The position numbers and the translations under genes are program-made. The notes beneath the pieces are model-generated. The model was not told the origin of the DNA. It ran no database searches and saw only the letters and a list, made by a program, of their open reading frames with translations. DNA of 62,571 nucleotides, the filler included, from Choristocarpus tenellus KU-1152 (taxonomy: Eukaryota > Protista > Phaeophyceae): the NCBI GenBank assembly GCA_964200185.2. It is 11 parts of 11 records of this genome, joined end to end, with 100 filler letters (N's around TTAATTAATTAA, not from the genome) between each part and the next. Parts side by side here need not be neighbours in the genome. Positions count along the whole stretch, not along the records: positions 1 to 3,606 come from CAXNAD020018994.1; positions 3,707 to 12,359 come from CAXNAD020004474.1; positions 12,460 to 20,084 come from CAXNAD020005854.1; 8 more parts are not named here. One strand, written 5' to 3'. This document shows positions 1-12,770 of this stretch, piece after piece. The first letter of the stretch is position 1; every line of letters starts with the position of its first letter.

Positions 1-180
1 CAGCATGAAGGAGAAGACGTCACTGTCCCTGAGAGAGAGCGCGGTATACCTTGCTAACAACAGCTATCTTCGTGAGCTGGCCTTGCTTGTAGTGGCGTAT
101 GGGACCAGTATCAACATTGTTGAAGGTCTGTGTAGAGTAGATGGGGCAATGCCCTCTTGATGATACAAATGCAAACACAC

Positions 181-209
181 AAACGCACTCACACGCACTC
201 ACTCACACA

Positions 210-253
<44 letters not shown>

Positions 254-267
254 CACACACACACACA
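181..267. repeat. Compound (CA)n/(GA)n microsatellite
   Basis: Read directly from the sequence. Confidence 0.95.
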
Positions 268-654
268 TGTGAACACATGGACATGCGGCCTAGCACAGAA
301 GTCTTATCTCTAACCCTAACCCTTGGTAGTGCTGTACTCTGCTAACCGCTATCTATGGCCAAGGCCTTTTTTTTTTCAGTGTACTTGATTAATATGAAGA
401 GCTCGCTCTTGCCGTTACAGTGTTGTGTTATGGATAGGGTTAGGGTTATGGTTAGGGTTAGGGTGTCTGTACGGTGAGCACCGCCGTGACCCGAGAAAGA
501 TGTGTGGTAGTATATGTGGTAGTGTATGGAGGAACAGAGATAAAAACTGTGCTGTTTATGGTGAGGGTTAGGGAGTGGACAAGGATAAAAAATGTGTGTC
601 TTTTTCAGCGAGTGTAGTGTGTTGGACCGGAGAATGGAACGTCTTTTGTTGAAA

Positions 655-897
655 TTGTTATGATTATTATTATTATTGTTATTACTATTATTATTATTAT
701 TATCATTGTTATTATTATCATTGTTATTATTATTGTTATTACTATTATTATTATTATTATCGTTATTGTTATTATTATTGTTATCATTATTGTTACTACT
801 ATTATTATTATTACTATTATTATTATTATTATCATTATTGTTATTGTTATTATTATTGTTATCATTATTGTTATTATCATTGTTATTATTATTGTTG
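655..897. repeat. Imperfect (ATT/GTT/ACT)n trinucleotide microsatellite, about 240 bp
   Basis: Read directly; it explains the poly-N, poly-I and poly-L ORFs in the track. Confidence 0.97.
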
Positions 898-2879
898 TAC
901 CTCTCTCGCAAATTTTTTGTTTTGTTTTGTTTTAGGAGCGATTGTAAAATCAGTCCCGTCTGGTCAAGAGCTCTTCAACGCAATCAAATATAGGAAGTAT
1001 CTGCACGTTACATGAAACGTTAGCAACAAATATTAAAAAAAAGTATGACGGGTGTGTAAAAGCGCTGCGCTAATATTTTAGTGCTATCCCCGGTAGTGTA
1101 ATTCTTCCTCCAGTGGTGTTTTCATAGTGTGTGTACCGCTTGTATTGACACACCATTCTTTTATTTTGCACACCAACTTACTCTTTGTGTACTTCATTTT
1201 ATTTTTATTACACGATGATTGGCCAGACCATTTTTCCGCCGCACCTGGTGATTGGCCGGAGCATTTTTTTATCCCTTTCAGCATATGCTTTCCACGGTGT
1301 TTTGTATTGTGCACATTGCCTATCCAGCTGAAAGTAAGAAGTTTTTTTTTAAAGTTTTTTCCTTGCCAAAAAAAAAAGTGGGAACAGTTTTTCCGACGCT
1401 TTAAAGCCGTTTGTCTTTTCCTTTTGCCAGTTCCCCAACCGCCTCCGCAATCACTACAAAACTGCGATGTACTATGGAGGAGTAGCTTACGAGAGAGCCT
1501 TTTGCCTGTGATGTGTCTCACTGTTCTCATTTCCCTTATGACCAACCCCCACCTCTATGGGGTTTTCAGTTACGTGGAAGGCGAAGCTCAAGATGGCGTT
1601 TCCGGACCCAAACGACTACTCCACTTTCATGGTGTGTTGGTATTTTTTGTATGTAGCCTTTGGACATTTGCTGAACCCACTGTTTCATGCTGTTTGTGCC
1701 TGGAAGGTGTTTTAGCTCTGAAATATAATGACCTGTTCCTGGTTTTATTTTTTTCAAATTGTGGAACGTGTGGTATTTTAACGTTACTTTTTTTATTTTT
1801 GCAGTACCTAGTAGTATTACATGGATTGAATATTTTAAAACTAAAAAAAGATTATGATTTGATTGTTTCCTTTGCAAATTTGTCGATTACTATGGTTGCT
1901 ATGGCTAACATACTAAATAGAGATTGACTATGGACAGGAAAATCACAACTAAAGAGCTCAAAAAGTAGCCCTTTACATAGTGTATCGCCACCCTTTACAT
2001 GCTGTATGACCACCCGGATAAGTCATGCCCTAAGAGCTTTTGCATGTACATCAATTAGCCAACACATCCCCCAAGAACAAACCTCCTCTGCCTATTCCTA
2101 ACACTTGAATATGAATATAACACATGAATGGGACTCCCGGTGTTGGCCTCATTGAACTCTCCTTGCTCTTTTCCAGGGAAATTTCTCCACCTCTACAGGT
2201 TTGGTGACCCTTGTCATGATGCTCCTTGGCAGGCAGGTATTTGAGCGCTTTGGATGGGGAGCAGCGGCAAAGGCGACTCCCTTGGTGATCTTGGCCACGG
2301 GGGTAAGATGCCCCTTGTTGGCGTGTGGGGTTTGCTAGTGGATATGAAGGCGATGCTGCTGTACGGTCGGATGCCTCTGCTTGGTGATGATGCGGATTCT
2401 AGCATCTGTTTTCTGAAGATAGTTTATTGGTGGGGGAGGAGGGGGGGGGAGGGGGGGAGGGGATTAGATGTAACCTGCAAGTTACGTTTTTCGTAGACGA
2501 TGGTTGGGGTTTCAGATGTGCTGTAATGGCTCTGAAGGAACTTTGTGGATATACTCTTTGACTTTGGAGGTAGTCGGGGGATGAGTCGTTGGTGTAGTTC
2601 AGACTGGCTGTGGTGGTGGGTTTATTGTGTCCGAGTTGGTTTTTGCTGGTGTTGAGAGGGGATATTTAAAATGTGATTGTGGGCATGTTTTGGGAGGCCA
2701 AATTTGTTCTGATGCAGCCTAGGTTGTGTCTTAATGTCTTAAATATATTTTGTGGAAATGGACTTCGTTTTGTTTGTGTAGTGTGTGTACCACTCTTGAT
2801 ATTGATATTGAGATTGAGATTGAGATTAATACCCTGTTTGTGGACTATTTGCAGAGGGTGTGGCACTGTCGGGTAACTT

Positions 2880-2986
2880 TATTATTATTATTATTATTGT
2901 ATGTATGTATGTATGTATGTATGTATGTATGTATGTATGTATGTGTGTGTGTGTGTATGTGTGTGTGTGTATGTGTGTATGTATAT
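2880..2986. repeat. (ATT)n-(GTAT)n-(GT)n compound microsatellite
   Basis: Read directly from the sequence. Confidence 0.93.
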
Positions 2987-3566
2987 GCAAGAATAAGAAG
3001 TGTGATGTCTAATACTACATACTCTGTATGCCCAAGCCCTGACTAACCTGAACCCTCACCCAGTCCCCCCCTGCTCCCACACAAGTATATGTTTTCTGAT
3101 TGCACTTCCTGTGCCGCTGTCTGTCCTCCTCATCACACATCCAGTTGAAGTTGTCCTCTTCTCTCTTCTTGCCCCGAAGCACACATTTTCATTCCATATC
3201 TCCTCCAGAAAGCATAACAGCTAGATGGAACTGTCCACGCCCCTTCCCCTCAGCCCAACATCCCCCTGAACTGTAACTTTTTTTTTCTTCAGTAACTGTA
3301 CTCAATATCCGGTGATATTTTTCCCCACAAGATAGTAACGCATATTATTTTTATTCTTATTAATTTTAAAATCTATGTCTTCCGTTCCCCCTAACCCTAT
3401 TTCCTATATAGGCAGCGTTTTTTTCGTTCTCTATGTTTGGTGACACTCTCCCAGTGCAGTCCATGCTGGCAATGTTCAGTACAACACCTCTCATGTTGGC
3501 AGTCTTGGCAGGTGGAGCTCAGAACGTGTTCTCCAAGTCTTGCAAGTGAGAAGGTTGAGAGAGTAT

Positions 3567-3606
3567 GGCTCAAAGTATCTGGGGGGGGATGGTGGCTGTC
3601 CATTTG
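3567..3606 (+). mobile_element. MITE subfamily A, one end, truncated by the contig edge
   Basis: GGCTCAAAGTATCT, poly-G, TGGCTGTCCATTTG; matches the start of the full copy at 18914. Confidence 0.85.
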
Positions 3607-3706
3607 NNNNNNNNNNNNNNNNNNNNNNNNNNNNNNNNNNNNNNNNNNNNTTAATTAATTAANNNNNNNNNNNNNNNNNNNNNNNNNNNNNNNNNNNNNN
3701 NNNNNN
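3607..3706. other. Artificial contig-joining linker (N44-TTAATTAATTAA-N44); 10 copies in the window
   Basis: Identical 100-nt spacer with stops in all six frames at 3607-3706, 12360-12459, 20085-20184, 24425-24524, 38900-38999, 44264-44363, 49422-49521, 52083-52182, 56188-56287 and 59806-59905. Confidence 0.98.
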
Positions 3707-3742
3707 ATCTCTCTCAACAAGATATTCTTACAGTGTAGATGA

Positions 3743-3918
3743 GGCTCAAAGTATCTGGGGGGGGGGTTCTACGCCAGGGTGTCCATTTTGGGCCCCAACC
3801 AGGAGAAGTGCACTCGTTGTCCATCTGACGCATGCAACCAAATCCCCCAAAAATCACGACACGGAAAATTGGGTCTCAAATAGACAGCTGCCACCCACCC
3901 TCCCAGATACTTTGAGCC
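3743..3918 (-). mobile_element. MITE subfamily A (about 175 bp), complete
   Basis: TIR GGCTCAAAGTATCT ... AGATACTTTGAGCC with G/C runs and inverted subterminal GTCCATTT boxes; 3-bp TSD TGA/TGA; opposite orientation to the 18914 copy. Confidence 0.92.
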
Positions 3919-4796
3919 TGAACTACATAATGATTGTCGGCACACTCCATGCACGGCTGAATATGCTTGGTGCACATCGTAGTCATGTAGAAGTCTATTT
4001 TTGGGGCAGGAAATCGATTTCTACGACCAAGAGAGCTGGTCGCACTAGTTTATGAATAATTCACATAGTTCTTTTGTCTGGTGAGGATCCACATGCAACA
4101 GTTGTTGTGAACAAACACATAAAAGCAAGGACTCGAGACACTATCTTTGAGAAAATACTTTACTAATCTAGAAATTCTACAGTTTTTTTTTGCGTGTGGT
4201 TAGTATAGGGACTGGGTAGGGATCTACATATGTTGCATAGTCTCAGTCTGTTAGGCCCCATGATATTAGAGCTGTCAGAATGGCCAGCATCACATCTATT
4301 ATTGTTGTTTTCACTTTTCCGATATGTATTGTACTATTTATTGTACAGTATTTCAAGAAAATAGTTTTAACTATATCTTGACACCAGCATTACTATCGAT
4401 TTATTGGAGAGGTTCATCATGTAACTATCAATCAGTTTGCTAAGATAAACTATAGAAAAAGTGAGTAATTGAACAAGAGAAAAACAATATGTAGTGCATA
4501 TACATGCATCCAACAAAATGATACTGCTTCAGCATTAAATAATGAAAAAAGCAAAGCAAACCTAACCCTAACCCTAAACATTCTCTTTATCACTTTCACC
4601 AGGATACCCCTAGATCTAATCCCAAAGCACAAAGAACTTTCTCGTTCACAACATCAAACCCTAATCCTAAGATTGAGGTGGGTATGAGCTTGAAACAAAC
4701 TATAGGCTCACTATTTCTCCCTGTGTGTTCACGTGATACAGGAGAATATGTTCACAATGGAAAATATTTGGGGGGTTCTGGAGACAGATTAGATGA

Positions 4797-5050
4797 GAGT
4801 CAAAGCATTTAAGAGGGTAGGGTTGCGTCCATTTGGGGACATAAATCCAAAGTTGCGATTTCGATGAATTTTGGATATCTTGTTTCTTTGCAAGTGCTAT
4901 TATGCTTGCTCTGGACACACCTTTCATAGTCGTATACATTATAACTACGTTCACACAGAAAACCGAAAAAGGTATAAAAAAACCCTTGGGAAGCCAAGCC
5001 CTGAACGACCAAACAGAGCAAAATTCGTACCCTCTTAAATGCTTTGGGTA
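4797..5050 (+). mobile_element. MITE subfamily B (about 255 bp), divergent copy
   Basis: GAGTCAAAGCATTTAAGAGGGTA ... TACCCTCTTAAATGCTTTGGGTA; interior colinear with the 45467 and 52272 copies; 4-bp TSD ATGA/ATGA. Confidence 0.88.
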
Positions 5051-5317
5051 ATGAGCTTGAAGGAAGTCATCCACCCCTGCACAACCAACCGCTCAAAAGG
5101 TGCTAAAATATTGACGCATTGGTATGAACTCATTCCTCCCCATCCCAATATGCCAAAACAATAGAAAACGAATTGGTCCTCAAAATATTTTCTCTTCTGC
5201 ACAATCACTCGATTGGCTCATTGTTCATTTTGACATCTACACTACATTCTTCCTATTGGTGAAAATGTGTATTCTCATGCAACATGGTTGGCTTGACCAA
5301 AATGCAGTTGCATTTAC

Positions 5318-8300
5318 CTCCTTTGATTTTCCCTTGGTGATTCTGTACTGCTGCCAGCACCGCCTTCATCAGCTTCAGCAAGAAGATGGGCAGCGGTACT
5401 TCGTGGTGGGAGTGGAAAAACCAAGGCAGAACGGATACGAGTGGGGAGGTGATAGTTGCCATCCTGAATTCTTGACCTTGAAGTTCTCAATTCCCAATTA
5501 CTACTGTAGGTACAGGAGTCATGGCAAGAATTGATATATATATATATATATTGATTTATGTATTGGAGTACTTGTAGTGCATGACACGAAAAGAGATGTT
5601 GACACCAATAGAGTGCAGAGAGGCATATGTCGATTTCGTATGCTGCTGTGCACCAGTCGATTTCCAGTGAAGTGATAAAGTATTGTTACCTTCACTTCAG
5701 AGGCTCTGTAGGTTCATATGGCTTTACGGGCAAAGATACTGAGATGAAAGCGTGCAGCATGCAACAAGCTTGTAGTAGAACATAGAGAAGGGTTACAACC
5801 CAATGCCAGCCAGGCAGCCAGATACAGCCTGGCAAGACTAGGAAATAATAGTGGCAGGACTAGAAAATGCCCACAAAAATATAATGGACATGTACTACAA
5901 ACAAGGACATTTGCGCGAATAATGGGAATGTTTGCACGCCTACATGACATGTTGAACCGACAAAGAACATTTCCCTGACAACATACCTTACCCCCTCAAT
6001 CTTTTTGGTATTATTTCAGCGTAGATTTCTTTATCCCTGCTGACATTTTGAATATGATGCCACAGGAGGAAAATAAGCAACAGACAAGAGAACACACCGA
6101 AAATTTCAACAGATCCATATTGATTTTAAGTGTGCAAAAGCATTCACAGATAAAGCTGTGTTGTGATTGGATATGAGAAACAGACGCCTTCCTGCACAGC
6201 AGCTATTTCTCATATGTTTACTCAATTCTGCTTTTGCAACCAATAACTCATGAAGACCAGATCTATAATCTATCCAACTGATGCACTCTTTTTTCTTCTA
6301 TCCTTTAGTGGAGAGCTCATGCCGTTTTCACACTTTCTACATGTACAGCCCTAACGCACAAAAAAAAATCTTGATGCCTGAATGGTCGGCTGAGTATGTA
6401 GGTAGTGACCATTCTTGTGTGTTCTATAGCACTGTTGTGTGTGCAGTCAATAATTTTACCAGGAACAACAATGTAGTCATTTCTATATTTTGACTGCCAG
6501 TTTTATATTTTCGCATGGCAAGTAAGCTTACTTTGGTGTTCTTGTGCATATTTTGCTCTGACAACAGGAACGTCTAACAGCTTCGATTTTATAAACGGGT
6601 ATACCTATATTTACTATAATAATGCTTGCAGGGGAGGCGGTGGAGGGAGGGTTGTGTTGGCCGTGTGGAGGTATTGTTGCTGGCCAATGATTAGGCAAGA
6701 TATAGTGGTGGAACCACACACATTTCATGTTGTTCACAGCGACAGATAACAGCCTGCCAAATGATGCACTTCAAAATACGTAAAGACTTACCACCAACAC
6801 CCTATTGGATGTTTGTATACTCACACCACCTATCTTGGAGAACCTAAGTATTTATTTTAATGTAATATCAATCTTGGCGTTAGCCTTACCTGGAGGATGG
6901 ACGGCGCTCAAACTCACTCTGGGTGTTGCCCTTTACCTTCCTCGATCCAGGTCTTGAAAAAGCTCGATAGGTTTTGCTATCCACCTTGGGTTCATGTGAA
7001 AAATGTGGCGTGACTAGATTGAGGGGCATGGTACAAAGTGCAAATTCTAGACCAACAGAACGGCCTTGATACCCCATTGATTCAGTAATATGTATTTGTT
7101 AGCCCTGCAACCCCTCCTCGTACCCTCTTGATCCACCTTAGCCTATCTTGATGGTATCACTCATAATCACGGGGAAGGAGAAGAGCAGTTGTGCTCTACT
7201 CCTTGGAACTATATCTCAAATAGCACATAATCATTTAAACCTGCCTGGCTTTAACGGTATCTCAATCCCAAAGCCTGATCTTTACCTCAAAGTCAAGCCC
7301 TTACTCCTCCCCAGTCCTGAAGTGAGTCCTCTCACAATAGGCATGAGTTCCATGGCTACCATTACGAAATGGTAGAAAAAATGGAAATGGAAAGGTCACA
7401 CAACATATGAACGACTCAATCAGCATGTATCACTCACTCACTGTCTCACAAATTCTGTTGTTGTGTCTATGTGACACTGTTCTTCTACTCCTCGCTTGTA
7501 ATACTGATGATGGCTCAACCCATAGAACTACCTCTTCCCTATTATAGACGAGGTCAATCACCTGTCTGGGCGCCGAGAATTGCTTGACAGATGGACTAAA
7601 TTGACCTCCACCGCACCCTGCATCACTGTCACATATTTTTTTCCCTCCTGACACCACCCCACGACTTAACGAGGCTGCATCACTTGCTCGGACTTGACCC
7701 AAGCTACCAATCAGGGCCTGCTGGCGGCGCTTCATCTGCTTGTAATTATATGTAAAGATGGGTAAGTCGGTGGGTGGGTGGATGAATGGATAGAAAGATG
7801 GGTGGACGGACGGCTATGCACTCTATGTGACTAAGGATATGCATGTAACATCCCACAATATGCGCATATACTCCAGAGTATATATAATCTCACTATCAAT
7901 GTCACAGTTACTAGGACATGGAGTATCTGAAAAAGGCATTGTGGCATACTACCCTCCCTTGCCTTCCTTACGCTGCTGCTCATGTACCATGTCAAGAGGG
8001 TGAGGGCTAGTCAACTATGAATCCCTTTGCTGAATCCGTAGGTTCCTACTCCTTCCTCTCATCCTCTCTCTCGGCTTGTAACCCCAAAAGCAACAATTTA
8101 AGCTAGAGAAGTAACTCCAGAGTATTTAGGACCAACCAAATAGGATCATATCCCATATGCAGATGAAAACGATCAGGTGCCATATGACTAAGCGCAGCAA
8201 CAAAGAAATATCGACGTATCTAATGGATAACATCAAGTACACAATAAAAGTATTTATGCAGTACACAATAAAGGTATTAATGCAGTAAGTGTTCTATCTA

Positions 8301-10546
8301 ACCCTAAGTCAACACCCAAAACGATCACACATCAGTTGGTCCCAAAAAAAAAACTCTTGCTCCCATTTTGTTGCAACACCTGTATCTCTCGTTGCTGTGC
8401 CAGCACCCGTGCACGACTAGATGTTCCTGATTGCATTGGTGACATTGAACCCACATGCTCTCCATCTTCAGACGCTTTGCTATTGGTATGAATGCTGCTG
8501 CTTCTGTCAGGTCTAGGAGATGACAATGAGCCCATCTCTGCAATGGAGCTTTGCAAGAAAATTCCTGCAGTGCCCGAAGCAGCAGCAATGACAGTGGCTT
8601 GTGCAACTCCCCCGGCAGAGAGGCGTGTGTCTAGTGATGAATTCGAGGCTGCTATTGGTGGTGCCACAGTCGGTGGGGTCATGTTTGACCTCGCCTTGGA
8701 ATGTTTCGTGCCTGCAGGGTTGTTTCTATTGAGATTAAGATTAGATTTGGGTTGAGGGATGTCTTGTCCTAACCCTAGCTCTAATTTGAGAAAAGGCAGT
8801 CACACGTCATGGCAAAAATATTGTGAGAGGAAATAAGAAATGAAAGGTAGAAGACATGGAGGAAGCACAACATACATGTCCACCAACGATATGACTCCAA
8901 ACGTCCCTTTGAGTCAGTTGGATACACTTGACCAGCAACACCCAATTCGCCCTAACCCTAAAAGTATTGATCTGAAAAAAAAAGAGGATGACAGGATCCA
9001 GGGCCAAGCAAGTGTTGCCCATTAACACTAGACTGCAACATTGTCAAAGAAAAAGAAATGGCCGATACAAATAGACCCCAGTGCTGAGGATTAGAAGGGC
9101 AACAAGAAAGGAAGCATGTATGGGGAACTCTCCACCAATTGATACTATTGTAAATCTATTGTTCCCTGATATTATTGATGTAGGTTGGTGTTGGCCTTTC
9201 CACCGTGAACACAATTTACCCATCACACTATATCCCCAAGAAAAAATCTAGATAATACCCACTGACCCTACTCAAAAATCACATTGTACCCTCACCTTAG
9301 TTGCCTTTGGTCAAGAGCAAAGGTATATTTATTGAATAGGGTCTTCATGATTAAACTAAATTTTCAATCTCAATGATGAAATGGTGATGCAGAGTAGAAG
9401 GAAGGGGATGATTTTTTTGAGGCCTGAATATGATTAATGTTGATTGCAAGAAAGACTCAAACTAAACAAGAGGCACACAGAGCTGTTTCATAAGGATGCT
9501 GACAAGTATGTGCAAAAGCTAACCCTAAGTTTTGAAAAACTGTACAGAGTAATTTCTGAATTACCTTGGAAAAGTTTCAAACAATGCAGAAAAAAACGAT
9601 CTCATCTCAAACATAGAACTTCAGCTGTACAAATGTGGATGAAGTGCAAAACATTGACTTGTCTTGTCTGCCCCTTTCACCCCCTGGTTCCCTCGACAGG
9701 TTCAGGGAAAATTATACTATGTAGTACAAAAGTGGATACTCACTGCTATTTCTATTTCGAGATATACTATATATGTAGGGTTTACTCACTGCCAGATAGG
9801 GTTAGGGTTAGGCGGAACCTATGAAATAGGCCGAGGGATCTTGAAGTGTGTGCCCTGTATCTTGTCCCCTAACCCTATATCCAGAGAGAGTGTGCCTTTT
9901 TTGGAATGGGACTCCAACAAATGTTCGTTATCCATCGTGGGTTGATGGGACAAACGGCGTCATCACACAAGAAGATTATTGTTCGATGATATAGCAGCCT
10001 ATATATGTCACGCTGGGTAAATCATAATTCCAAATGTATGATTTTCTCGCATTAGACTGGGGGTTCTCAGAGTCATAGTCAAAAGGAAGCATATAGGAGA
10101 AAAAGAAACGTATTGAAAAAATTGAGAAGAAAAATATAGAGAAATGCAACAAACAAAGAACAGGGTATAATCTTTGCCTTACAATTTCCAGGTGATATTC
10201 ACTCATTATCAAATTTTCTCAGTACTACATATTCTTGTAATACAAAACAGCCAAAAACCGGGTTCCTCTCGCTTACTTTGGCCCCTTTCTTTGAAGTATA
10301 ATTATTTCTACTAACCCTAACCCTAAGTATATCAATACTTCACACACCCTTACCATGCCGCCCATACATGGGAGTTCCAAACGAAGCAACAGGAGGTTGC
10401 CTATCCTCCTCTATCGCTTTGGTGACTTCATTCCTTGGCCCAGAAGTCGCTCCAATTGTTGGGACTGTCAATTCTGATCCTAGTCCAGCGTTTGCAAGAT
10501 CCCGCTCTATGTCATCCACTTCGAAGGCGCGTTCGTCCATAAACAT
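5318..10546 (-). CDS. Multi-exon hypothetical low-complexity protein, partial. Exons approx. 10354-10546, 8380-8711, 7562-7735, 6890-6984, 5318-5503
   Basis: Five GT-AG bounded exons with matching phases give a continuous frame (...GRH-GTKHSK...ARVLAQQREIQ-MKRRQQAL...QFSAPRQ-VDSKTY...RPSS-SNWELR...). No confident domain call; start and end uncertain. Confidence 0.6.
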
Positions 10547-12083
10547 GTTTGCGTCTCCTGTCGGCAAGATAATGTCGATGGGTCACTTAGGGCTGAGGTT
10601 AGGGATAGGGGCATTTGAAAGGTATCTGTGTGGTATGACTTGTAGTCTGTATCCTACTTGCACCAAGATCAAGGAAACAACAGAGACTGCAGGGCGAATC
10701 ATGTCCGACCTATAATGGCTCAGGTACTTACCTTTTATTTTCTATATTTTTTTATTTTGGTTTAAATACGGCACTACTCTCTACTGGTCAGCCTTAGGGC
10801 AGGCACTTAGGGGACCTCTTGTTAGTTGACAGGCATCCAAGGGTGGTGGAGGAGTTTTTAATTCCACCTCAAACACCAAGTTATTCAACATACAACATTG
10901 CTAAAACAAAATCAGATAATACATATTTCGGGAGGTATAGTACTTACATCACGATCGGTCTGATTGCTACATAATACTATATTTGACCTTCCTCCATTCT
11001 CCACAACAAATATCCTAGTCCTAACCCAGGACCCTACTTCCTGCCTGTAGCAGGATTGGTGCGAGGATTGCTCATCCTCTCCTTCAATCGCACGGTATGT
11101 GTTTGTTTTTGTGAACAGGCAAGGTATATAACATTGCTTCCCACTTTTTGGGGATTTAATCTATTAGGTTTTGGTATGACCTTGACAAAAAGGTAGGTAT
11201 ATAAGTGGTGACAAACGACTCGAGACAAATCCTATACCACCGACAGTGAAAAGCTTCCTACATTCCTAAATCGTCAAGAGGTATTTATACGTGAATGTTG
11301 AAGACGGAGCTTTCACGAACTGACGATGAGACACTGGCAACGTGGGAGAATTTTTCGATGATTAAATTCTTGAGTTGCATATATAAGTGAGCATTTTTTG
11401 TGGTTGAGGAGACACACATCTCCCAACTCAGACCAGTACAGTAGAAAAAATCAGGAATGAAAAATAGGTATATCAAGTTGATGCAGACCCAAAATTGTGT
11501 CTGGAAGAATCAATTCTCGCTCTCGCATTTTTAATTCCGCACCGCAAATTCTTCAACATGGCATCCTCAAAGTTTGATTGGGGGATACAACTAACAGCGA
11601 CACCTACGTTCCTATGAAATATGATATATCTCTCATATCTAACACCACAAATGGACGTAAGAGGAAAATAAGTCTTCGCCATTTTGTGGGGAAGATTGCT
11701 ACATGTTTGAATTTGATCTCGAACAACCACACCACCCGTGGTGTCAGAACATTAGGATGATAATTGGGTAGTAGAATTGAAAGTTGAATGCACTCTTGGT
11801 GTGCTTATTTGTGCTCCTACATCGGTCCACCTGAATATGACATGAGAAGAAATACTGTCACAGTGAGTGCACTCTCATCCCTCAATATCACCTCTTTTTG
11901 ATTGATGGACGTGGGAGAGGAACCACTGCGATGTCCCCAACCCTTCGAATTCCACACTCACTTACTCGACTCCCTCCTGGTCTATGGATATAGTAGAGAC
12001 AGAACTTCACAATGTGTGTGATGAATCGTGGTCCTCTTATGTATGCATATTTTTCGATTCAGCGGTTACATAATCTTTCAACC

Positions 12084-12359
12084 ATTCACCATTATTTTTT
12101 ATTATTATGCTTTCTGACGTTTTGGATATGAATCAGGGGGAAAACCAATGAAAACTATGGACATGTCAGAAAAATCCCCCAAAAAGTAGCAGTTGTCGTA
12201 AAATATGTAAGACATTCATCTATTTACTATTTTAATTCCAGCTATGCTTTACACAACTACCTTCCTGTCTGTGTCTCCAACCTAGGTTGGGAAACATCCC
12301 AAGAATTCACCATTATTATTATTATTATGCCCTCTGACATTTTGCAGATGTGTCAGGGG
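12084..12359 (+). repeat. Dispersed repeat family D (TTATGCCCTCTGACATTTT..GATRTG core), two nearby copies
   Basis: The core recurs at about 6036-6115, 12084-12170, 12304-12359, 13642-13742 and 37086-37136. Pairs of copies also share GGGAAA(A)CCAATGAAAACTAT or AGAGAACAC..AAAAT.TTTC. Confidence 0.6.
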
Positions 12360-12589
12360 NNNNNNNNNNNNNNNNNNNNNNNNNNNNNNNNNNNNNNNNN
12401 NNNTTAATTAATTAANNNNNNNNNNNNNNNNNNNNNNNNNNNNNNNNNNNNNNNNNNNNGGGGGGGGGGGGGTGGGGGGGGGGGGGGGGGGGGGGGGGGT
12501 GGAGATGGGTTGGAGTGGAGGAGGGGGTGAGGTGGGTTGAGGTGTGGGGTAGGGGGTGCTCCAACCAGGCGGGGGTCTTCGGCTGGTTA

Positions 12590-12770
12590 GGGCGGTGTAA
12601 GTGCAATTGAAAAGCGTGGGGATGGGTAAGTGTGTTCCACAGTAGGAGCGTGTGAGAGGGTGGTTGGCATCTTCGCAGAGGCTAACCATGCAGTTGAGGT
12701 GGAGAGAGCACCCACAAGGGAGGGTGCCTTGGTAGTCTGGGGGGAGAGGCTCTAGACAGCTAGGGCAAGG
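12590..12770 (-). other. Degenerate RING-finger-like coding remnant in a GC-rich, probably retroelement-derived segment (about 12460-13615)
   Basis: CPSC-x11-CGC-x2-H-x2-C ... SYC pattern in ORF 12408-12908; the last Cys pair is incomplete and no clear splice model was found. Confidence 0.3.

Noticed and set aside
49-155. Possible isolated exon GHCPIYSTQTFNNVDTGPIRHYKQGQLTKIAVVSK (minus strand)
   Set aside because: It has plausible AG/GT borders but sits at the window edge with no partner exon or recognisable motif, so it cannot be supported.
342-993. Long poly-Asn, poly-Ile and poly-Leu ORFs
   Set aside because: These are translations of an (ATT)n microsatellite that is open in several frames at once.
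1127-1927. 266-aa hydrophobic ORF resembling a membrane protein
   Set aside because: Non-ATG start, T-run-driven F/L/C composition, an overlapping opposite-strand ORF and no recognisable motif.
3607-3706. Recurrent TTAATTAATTAA palindrome as a biological motif
   Set aside because: It is always centred in identical N44 blocks, so it is a synthetic scaffold linker.
7950-8102. Possible extra exon with in-frame TAG codons suggesting stop-codon reassignment
   Set aside because: Exon 8380 splices in phase directly to 7735, and the GT31 and RIIa genes end at normal TGA and TAA; there is no case for a variant code.
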